From a bacterium (GTDB lineage: Bacteria; Patescibacteriota; Gracilibacteria; Absconditabacterales; Absconditicoccaceae): a DNA stretch of 42,914 nucleotides. The stretch is taken from positions 1 to 42,914 of the forward strand of contig JAHDCT010000001.1 in NCBI GenBank assembly GCA_020629735.1. The letters run 5' to 3'. Within the stretch, counting starts at the first letter, position 1; each line of letters opens with the position of its first letter. Below the pieces are notes generated by a model. The model was not told where the DNA came from and made no database searches. It saw only the letters and a program-made list of their open reading frames with translations. The position numbers and the translations under genes are program-made. This document shows, piece after piece, positions 34,890 to 42,914 of the stretch.

Positions 34890-35277
34890 ACTTGCTGTAT
34901 TATCGTCTTTTTTTTTCAAGTTGGGGCGATAGGTTATTCCTACTCCCCCAAAATTGGTGTGTACTAAAATGGTCGTGTGAATGGTTCACATAAATTTATG
35001 AATGATTCACATAAATTTGTGAATGGTTCACATGAATTTACGAATGATTCACAAAGCTCGCAAATCTTTGATTATCAGGCTATTATAAGCTAGATAACGC
35101 CAGATAACAATTCCATGGAAATTCCGAGAAATTTCCAGAAATTTCCGTAAATATTCATGATCTTCAGGACCTTTAGTAGGCAGTTAGACCATCCTTACTC
35201 CGGCTTAACGCGAGAGTATCTACCTCAGAGGGTATACGGACATCTGTGATGGGCACTACCCATTCATTAGTTCTGCA
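34890..35277 (-). ncRNA. Putative RT-associated ncRNA cassette 2 (distal)
   Basis: Scaffold 35180-35266 (45 nt identical to cassette 1), a different repeat cargo (34975-35160) and the conserved 3' hairpin (34921-34958). Boundaries are approximate. Confidence 0.7.
34977..35052. repeat. 21-bp tandem repeat, about 3.5 copies
   Basis: GTGAATGGTTCACATAAATTT / ATGAATGATTCACATAAATTT / GTGAATGGTTCACATGAATTT / ACGAATGATTCAC. Confidence 0.9.
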
Positions 35278-35282
35278 CTCAA

Positions 35283-35310
35283 ACTATAAATCTTCAGATC
35301 ATGAAGTCAA
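35283..35310 (-). promoter_or_regulatory. Sigma70-like promoter of cassette 2
   Basis: TTGACT-16 nt-TATAGT, with flanks TATATTGACTT and TTGAG.GCAG conserved with cassette 1. Confidence 0.65.
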
Positions 35311-35324
35311 TATATTCTCATTCT

Positions 35325-35912
35325 TTACTCATTTTCTGGAAATAATCCTTCTTTGATAGCCTTTTCGTAATATCTCTCAAAAATTGATGCCGTCTGCTGA
35401 GAATACCCCATTACCTTCTTGTTGTGCGCTCTACTTTTCTCTTGTGTAATTCATTCCTCATTCCGCAATCTCCCATCACTATTTTGGGCGAGAGCTTGTA
35501 ACTTATCAAGTGTTTTGGCAAATTTTGCTTCTTCATTTGACTGCTCTTCATACATGATTCGTAAATCATGAAATTCTTTTGCTTCTTTTTCCGGCAGCTG
35601 ACTAAATAACTGATGAGCAGATTTTTTTTCACGTTCCTCTTTTTATTTCTTTCCTTTCTCATCAAACGCAAACACATCCTTTGCATAAATTTCTACTAAA
35701 TCATGTACAAGGATAATTTTTAGCGTTAGAAGGAGGTCTACATCAGTATATCATAACTCGTCTTTTAGCAGTATTGCAAACATACACATGTGTCGCTCGT
35801 GTTCTGCGTCATTTTCTCTTCTTTGAATCCCTCAGACATACCCTCTTCTAAAGGTTCTTTTAAACTTATCTAACTCTGCTAGAAAGTCGATTTTCATCTG
35901 AATTTTATCCAT
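35325..35912 (-). CDS. HD-domain phosphohydrolase (HD_3 / YfbR-like, 195 aa)
   Basis: RRENDAEHE(CGA=W)HMCMFA...IILVHDLVEIYAKD...EAKFAKTLDKLQ. Confidence 0.88.
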
Positions 35913-36056
35913 CTTTCTTTTTTTTATGTAAATACTTTTCTTCTATACTGATCATGCTTTTCACTTCAAAAGACTTCAGCAAAATGAACAGTTAAGGCCT
36001 ATTGACTTCTTCTTCATTTTATTTATTTTATCTTTATTTTATTTCAACTCTATTCT

Positions 36057-36623
36057 ATGTCTATTAGCTTGTGAGACCTAAGACGATATGAAGGAATCAA
36101 GAATGCAGAAAGATATGAAAAGCCAAGAACGAGACTTGGGTACCATGTTGATTTTCTCTTAAAAAACCTTTGATTCAGAAGTCTATGAGACTTTGCAGCG
36201 GCTGATCCCGTGACCTATAGGAAACTCAGCAAACTCTGAAGAAAATGACTCATGTATAAAAACGAGATGGAGCCCCTTCTCAAATCTAGATCTAGTAGCA
36301 TCCTGATGAAGAGTAACGGACGTCTCGTTAAGACAGATCTTAATGATTACTCACTTAAAAGCTGAGACAAGCTTAACGAATACCTTCGTGAAAATTGGCA
36401 AGGTCTCAATCCTTCAGTTACTATTACTCTTGTGAACGATTCATGAACAGAAAGAGAATTTGAAGTTATTAATTATATCAGTCGTGATGGTCTTTGATGA
36501 GCTATTTACTCACAAAGCTGGATTAGTGATTATGTGAACTATATTGTGGTTCGCGAAAATCTCTGAGGCAATGATCCTGAGTATTGAGAAGAGTTTATTA
36601 TGCCTATTAGGTTAGATCAGTAG
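36057..36623 (+). CDS. Hypothetical protein (188 aa)
   Basis: ATG..TAG in frame with TGA=Gly, preceded by a TTGACT-type promoter. Confidence 0.65.
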
Positions 36624-36677
36624 TTTCTTCAGACTGTTTAATAACTTTTTTAAGAATATATTTAATTAACTTTATTC

Positions 36678-37238
36678 ATGTCAAAGAAAGCACTCGAATT
36701 AAGCTTTGATAGATACGATGAAACTGATTTAATTTCCGTTTTAAAGTTTGCCAGTAGTTTTCTATCGTCAAAATCAAAAGCTATCGCAATATTAACCATT
36801 GATGAAGAACCAAAACATGAAATAAATGTTTTTCTTATGAAACTATGAAATGAATTGGCAGAACTTAGTGTTCTCGTCTCTTGAGAAGAAGTTGAAAGTT
36901 GACTAAAGATAACACTTTCGAAAATTGACGAAAATATTCCCTTATCAACACTCACAAAACATACTATATGAGACGTCTTAAATGAGTTAGAATGCCTTTC
37001 TGGTAAGACTAAGACTAAAGACATCCTTCTCGGCGTATGTAGTCAAAAAGGGGTGACTAATTTGTTTGATTTTGTACATTCTTTTTCAGAGGACTCATTT
37101 AAAGGTATTAAATGAATAGGTAAATCGACACGAGTCTGGATCTGTACGGATATGAGAGATTTTATTGATGAGCAATATACAGAATGACAATGAGATATCA
37201 TTATGAAAAAATTTAGACCTAATCCTAAGTGGTTTTAA
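36678..37238 (+). CDS. Hypothetical protein with a C-terminal RNAP alpha-CTD-like HhH motif (186 aa)
   Basis: Open with TGA=Gly. Contains ...CSQKGVTNLFDFVHSFSEDSFKGIKGIGKST. Confidence 0.65.
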
Positions 37239-38665
37239 ACAAGAGAAGCTGCTTCCTCCCCTATTTTTTCAACGATATCCTCATCGACACAGTGACCTCC
37301 TTCATAGGTATTCAGTTGATACTCATCAGGAACTACTAAGTATCAAATATATCCATTTGTGTAGGAACTAAACACCATATGCTCTGGCACGATTCCTTTT
37401 TCTTCTTTGAAAAGAGAAAGGATTTTTAACTTGCCTTTCACGGTAAGCTCTCCTGGAAGCATTACGATATAGATATCTCACATCTTTTTTACAGATATCT
37501 CTGCACTTTGAGGAAGGCAGTCCATTCATTCTTTTTTCATTAAATACTTCACTTTTCTCACAAGAGGATCAACGATTGGTAGTGCTGCTGATAGCAAATT
37601 AAGCTTTGTAAGCGAATATGATCACATTACTCTCCCTTCTGAATCTAGTAAACTTGGTCTGTGCGTTTTTTTTCTTACTTTTGCTATCTTGGTCCAAAGC
37701 TTACTAACCAGCTGAGCATGTGTAGGTCATTTTCCATCAAAAGTTCCTTCTATAATTTTTGGTCATATCGCTCACGTCACATCTATCCTTGAAAATGACT
37801 GTTGTATAGACGGATGAATTTCTTTCCTTTCTTTCCCGTAAAGAACTTCTTCTAACACTGTTTTTGCTAATCACCTTCATATCTCTTTCGCACGTTTCCA
37901 TTCGGTCTCTCTTTTTCTTTTTTTAGGATGGACCAACTCAGAGTAAGGTGACATATTTCAAGCATTGCTAGGTACGACTGATACAACTACATCTTCTCCT
38001 AAGTGCGCGTTAATAGACTCACGAAAAAAGGTTATCCAATCCCCATGAGGTACTCGATTCTCATTTCAAAGACAGGTTGGATGAGGCCCTCAAAATACTT
38101 CAAGTCAGTGAATATATCACTCCTTGTCTTTAAACACAAATATATCTAGTGTTTGATCGACTAGTGGATCTTGTACATTGAGTCTATCGTGAAAAAATCT
38201 CCTTAATCACATTGTTCTGACAAATTCTACATCACACTCTTCAAGTGCATCTTTTGCTTGAAGAACAACTTCAACCGACTTCTCTACTAATTCTTCGACC
38301 CATTCCTCACTTTTTCCTCCTGCAGATGCGTCATATAATGCCACTCCTACATGCCCTCAAAAACTTGCATGCGTATGGGTAGCTGATACGGAAATATGGA
38401 CCTTTTTGCTTTCTATTTGCAGCGCATCAATTACTTCGTTTCTTATACGATTGATGACTCCATTTCCCCAAAAGCACACATCTCCACAGATAGTAATAAA
38501 AATATCTTCCCCAACTTTCTGATAATGCGCCTGCATTTCCAAATTTGCATGTATTTTGTAACAGCCTTCTTTGTCTGGGCGGTTTTTTTGAAAGTTTGCG
38601 TATCATAAAAATCATTGATCAATATCGGTCTTTAAGTTGACCGAACCTCAGCCATATTCTAACAT
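37235..38665 (-). CDS. Neutral/alkaline ceramidase-like protein (476 aa)
   Basis: FLGYAN, VSATHTHASFGG, GPHPTCL...VPHGDWI, SNAGNMSP and MLPGELT...SSYTNGYIGY match the ceramidase N-terminal family pattern. Confidence 0.8.
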
Positions 38666-38795
38666 ATATTTTTCTTTTTCTTAGTTGCAAAAAATGTAGT
38701 TACCATACGGATCGAGCAAAGAAAATCAAAGCTCACTAATCAAAAATCACACGTTTTTTACGTGTGATTATTTTTTTGTTCTCTTCGGCCTTTTC

Positions 38796-39647
38796 TTAGC
38801 AATTATCAAATAGCTCACATAAGGTATCTTCTAAGTCGATTGCTGGATTCTCAATCTCTAGCTGAAGAGTCATTGTATTGTTTTGCATATCCGTGTGAGT
38901 TTCCTCGAGTCAGGTATAGACTTTTACTTCTATGTCATAATTTCCAACATCAAGAAGTATTTCTTCAACATCATACATTAACCTACACCCAAGCTCTGGA
39001 ACAGCATACTTTCCTGATCACAGGTGTTCACATGATCATGACATTTCTCGCATATCTGCTTTTTTTACCAGTATTCAATCCTGCTTGATAGATATCTGTG
39101 CGGTAACTTGTTCTGAACGTGCTAGATTATGTTCAAGCACAACTTCAACTTCGGCAATGTCCCCTAGATCAAACACGTTATTACTACTACTAACTCATGA
39201 TCCATTACTCATTATAAACTGCATAGCAACAATGCGGAAATCAGGATCTATTCCTTTTGGTATGGTTCTTTGTGCTATTTCACGTTCTAACGCATAGTGT
39301 ATTACCTCTAAGTAAAACTCGACCATGACACTTAGTCCATCGGTTGCAAGCATTAGTTCGATTCTTTTAAGCCTTTCATTAATCCGTTTTAGGTGTTCTG
39401 CTACTCCTACTTTTTGTATATTTCCCTCTGCTCGTCCTTCAACAAAATCTTGAATTGTTTTAGCTGGAGCTTCAAATTCTGAACCACAGGCAAGAGGCAA
39501 GACACGTGCATTATCTCCTGCACAGTGCTTTGTTATTATTATTGAATCATATTGAAAACTTATCGATTCAGTTTGCCAAGCAGATTGAGTTATTGAAATC
39601 ATTCATAATGCGCACAAAGTGAAAAGTGCTTTTTTCAAAAGAGTCAT
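38796..39647 (-). CDS. Secreted hypothetical protein (283 aa)
   Basis: Signal-like N-terminus MTLLKKALFTLCALGMISITQSAWQ. Includes track fragment 39195-39602 and a Ser/Gly linker. Confidence 0.7.
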
Positions 39648-39819
39648 TTTTAAATATTATTTTTAAAACATTACTTTACCTCACTTAGATGTAATGACTT
39701 TTTAGTCTTATACAATATTATCGTTTATTTATACAATAAACTTGACATCACAAACATCTTCATCATTCTTTTACTATTATTTTCGTCTCATTCTTTAACC
39801 TATACCCAAACACTTCTTT

Positions 39820-41325
39820 ATGGAACAACTCGATCATATTAGAAAAACCATACAAAAAAAAGCGTGGTCTCGAACCCGAGAAGAGTTTGTCTATCGCATT
39901 ATGAGTCGATTTCCTGTTGTTCTGTACAAACATGATTGAGTTGTTTCCAGACATCCGAAAACTTCCAGAGTCTTATGAGTCAAACATATGACGGAGTTTG
40001 AAGAATACAGACAAGATATCCCTTTTCTTGAAGAAGAGGAAATTGTCCGAAATGATTTTTTTCTTACCTATCAAAAACTTTTTTCTCGTGTTTCGCTCCC
40101 TGCTATTATCTTCTTTTTTGAGAATGAGAACTGCGAATATGCAGATGCAGTTCTTGGTGTAAAAAATGTGTATCTAAGCTTCGTTGCTTCTAAGGGATCT
40201 GAAAACGTTTGTTACAGCTTTAGTGTTAAAAGCAAATGTATCAATATTTTTAATAGTTTTCTTGTGTGGAATCATTGTGAAAATATTTACTCATCAAAAT
40301 GAATCACCTCCTCATATAATATTTTCTACTCCAAGTATATCTGGAACTGTCGTGATTGTTGGTTTTCTCATGGACTGATTTGATGTACGGAGTGCCTTTG
40401 ATGCACTGACCTAGAGAATGCTTCATACTGCATTGAAAATAAACACTACTCTCAAGAAGACTATCAACGCCTTAAACAGTGATATATTAATAAGCAGTTG
40501 CAAAAAATTATCGATGGATCCTACTCACCACCAGAAGGAAGAAACTTTTGTATTTCTTCAGACAAGGTTACATGATCTTACATAATTTCATCGGAACACG
40601 TAGAAAACTGATATTTCGTCCAATCTCTCCGTAAAGGGAAAAATCTCTATGTTACTTGATCATGATCATGATGATGATCATCTGACCAAGCTAATGTTTT
40701 TTCATGATGAGGTACATCGCATTTTTATAACATCATGTGATGAGGAAGAAGCTGCGAGCATATTTATTGTTCCGCAAATGTTGTCGCATGCTATAACGTC
40801 TTTTACTCCTACTTTATGGACTCATGTTCCTACTGCTTTTGATGTATCTGACTCAAAAATAAAGAATATTGTCTTTTTAATAAACAATATAGTAAGGAAG
40901 ACCGATATGAGCATATAGACCGTCTGACTCAGTATATGGAACAACAGGAGGTTCTCTGAGATTTTTTCCCATGATCAATGAGTCCTTTTTACTTTAATGA
41001 CAGTGCTGCCGCCCTTGTCCTTTGAGAGACTGTTAGTAAGGAGCAAGTTCTAACTGATGGATATCTCTGGAGGGATGAGTCTATTGTTATCGATCTTCCT
41101 GAATGAACCACCTGTATTTCATCAGCTGATCTCAGCAATTTCGAAACTCGAACTACAGACTGAATTTCAATTGATCCGTCTATCCTCCAGCAGGTCATAG
41201 AAACACCTACCTGAGATAAATATAGAATTATAGCTATGGAGCTTGCTTTTCTTCAGAAATACTGACTTCCTCTCCCTAGACGTCATCGGTTAGAAAGATT
41301 AAGAAGCATGTTTCGCCTTTACTAA
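39820..41325 (+). CDS. Cys-rich repeat protein, paralog (501 aa)
   Basis: NENCEYAD, repeated CxxCFGC, YCLFNKQYSKEDW, GDFFPGSMSPFYFND, GYLWRDE and LPLPRRHWLERL. Confidence 0.85.
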
Positions 41326-41337
41326 TAATTTTTTCGC

Positions 41338-42819
41338 ATGAGCCTTCAGCAACGACAGAAGATTATTCAAGAAAAGAGAAAGCAAACTACTTGGGAAGAC
41401 TATATCCATCAACTTGCGAGTTGGCTTCCATTGGTTTTTTATAAGATAGGAGAAGGTATTGCTATCTCTAGGTATCCAAAAACTGATAGGCTTGATCGTA
41501 TCGTTTCACCTCAAACTTTTGAAGATGAAAAAGGGGATTTCCTAAAAACCTGACCTTGATACCAGTCTGGTGTCGATTTTTTTGACCAGATGGTTGCACT
41601 TTATAGACAAGTACCCCAACCTGCAATTCTTAGAGATCCTTTGAGTGAAAACGTTAGATATGCAGATGCAGTCTGGTTTGGGAAAAATGTTTACCTAAGC
41701 TTCATTGTCATAGATAATTGCGAGAATATTGCTTACTCCTTCTATATCCAAAATAATGTCAGGAATTGCTACAACAGCGTTATGGTATGGAATCATTGTG
41801 ATAACGTCTATCATAGTAGTTGAGTCATTCATTCTAGTGACATATTTTATTCATCATGCATTCTTAATTCGTCTTCTTGTTGGTTTAGCACTAATCTAGT
41901 TTGATGTAATGAATGCTTATTTTGCGATGGTCTCGAAAACACATCATTCCATATCCATAACACCGCTTATTCAAAAGAAAATTATTTTAAGAAAAAAGAA
42001 GAGCTCCTGTCTCAGAAACACCAATTTTCACAACGAGCGCAAGAAATCTCACCTACAACTGAGAATTGGTGATCAAAAAATGTCGAATGATATTGCTGTC
42101 TAAAATCAACTGACCTACATCAAGCTGCTTACTCCTATAGAATTCATGGATGAAGAAATGTCTTATTTGCTTGAGATGAAGAAGGAAAAAAAGAAATCTA
42201 CGATGTTGTTTGAGCTGATCAGATATGAGAAGGAAATATGTATGCCTGCACTAATATGTGAACTTCCTCCCATTCATACTGCAGTGACTGCTGCCAAATT
42301 ACGCAGAGTTTCTACTGTTTTTTCTGTATCCAATGCTCGTATTGTTTTTGATGTGTTTGACTCAGTAATGCTTCCTACTGTATTCTTAACAAGCAATACA
42401 CCAAAGAAGAACGACATCGTATTGTTGACGAGATCTGTGCAGACCTGAATCAAAAATGAACCTTATGAGACGTTTTTCCTGCTCATATGAATCCCTTTTA
42501 CTATAACGATACTTTAGCTCATCTTATTCTTCCAAAGGAGAAAGAAGAGGTTACAAAAAAAGGATATCTGTGGAGAGACGAAGATGTACGTGTAAACATC
42601 CCTGAATGAAAAGATATTGTCTCTTCTACTGACGTACAAAAGTGACTCCTTGATTGAAAATATTCGTACTCTGACCTTCCCTGACTTATTTTATCTGATG
42701 CAGGTTGAGATGTCTTCACTATCCAGCAATTGGAAGCTGAATTCCTTGAAAAGTATCAGTTACCTTTACCAGAACTGCATTGGTTGAAAAGAATTAAGAG
42801 TCATATGAAGTGATTATAA
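41338..42819 (+). CDS. Cys-rich repeat protein, tandem paralog (493 aa)
   Basis: SENVRYAD, CFGCVG, YCILNKQYTKEEW, GDVFPAHMNPFYYND, GYLWRDE and LPLPELHWLKRI. Confidence 0.85.
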
Positions 42820-42914
42820 GGTATAACCAATTCATTTAAATGGAAAGAAAAACATTCATCAGCAAATTGCTAAAATTACTGCCTTTAAATGAACTATAAG
42901 CAATTATATGAGGT

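Noticed and set aside
34540..35160. CRISPR array interpretation of the short repeats
   Set aside because: The repeats are contiguous 10-21 bp tandem units without unique spacers, and no cas gene is recognisable in the window.
32846..35310. Diversity-generating retroelement (TR/VR pair)
   Set aside because: Both repeat copies are non-coding, their differences are not confined to adenines, no target gene carries a copy, and the RT has retron NAxxH/ITG motifs.
39988..42450. Selenoprotein reading of in-frame TGA in the Cys-rich genes
   Set aside because: TGA aligns with Gly positions (for example CFGCxG) here and in unrelated genes.
1..42914. Widespread pseudogenisation suggested by the fragmented ORF track
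   Set aside because: Fragments are in frame and broken at TGA codons that fall on conserved Gly positions, so recoding explains them. Most other short track ORFs are antisense or alternate-frame shadows.
42840..42914. Start of a further Cys-rich paralog at the right edge
   Set aside because: The ATG frame stops at TAA after about 19 codons and there is too little sequence to judge.

Overview
AT-rich chromosomal segment that reads coherently only with an alternative genetic code: TGA=Gly plus CGA/CGG=Trp. This points to Absconditabacterales (SR1, Patescibacteria/CPR), and it means the supplied standard-code ORF track is fragmented. Re-read in this code, the window holds: a frameshifted IS481-like transposase; a TrmB regulator divergent from a Cys-rich CPR-family gene (two more paralogs at the right end); a beta-propeller protein; an SDR; tRNA-Arg(GCG); two pairs of small paralogs; a ~2670-aa DUF11-repeat surface protein; phosphatidylserine decarboxylase; a TGA-free UPF0182 gene; a ~1540-aa HEXXH-containing protein; an HD-domain hydrolase; a ceramidase-like protein; and several hypotheticals. 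The standout is a retron-type reverse transcriptase (32846-34387, minus strand) preceded by two tandem, separately promoted non-coding cassettes (about 34470-34835 and 34890-35310). They share a conserved structured scaffold but enclose different cargo sequences, each built from 10-11/21-bp periodic repeats around an IHF-consensus site. This is a candidate multi-template RT/ncRNA system. All translations were done by hand and family calls come from motif recognition, not database searches.
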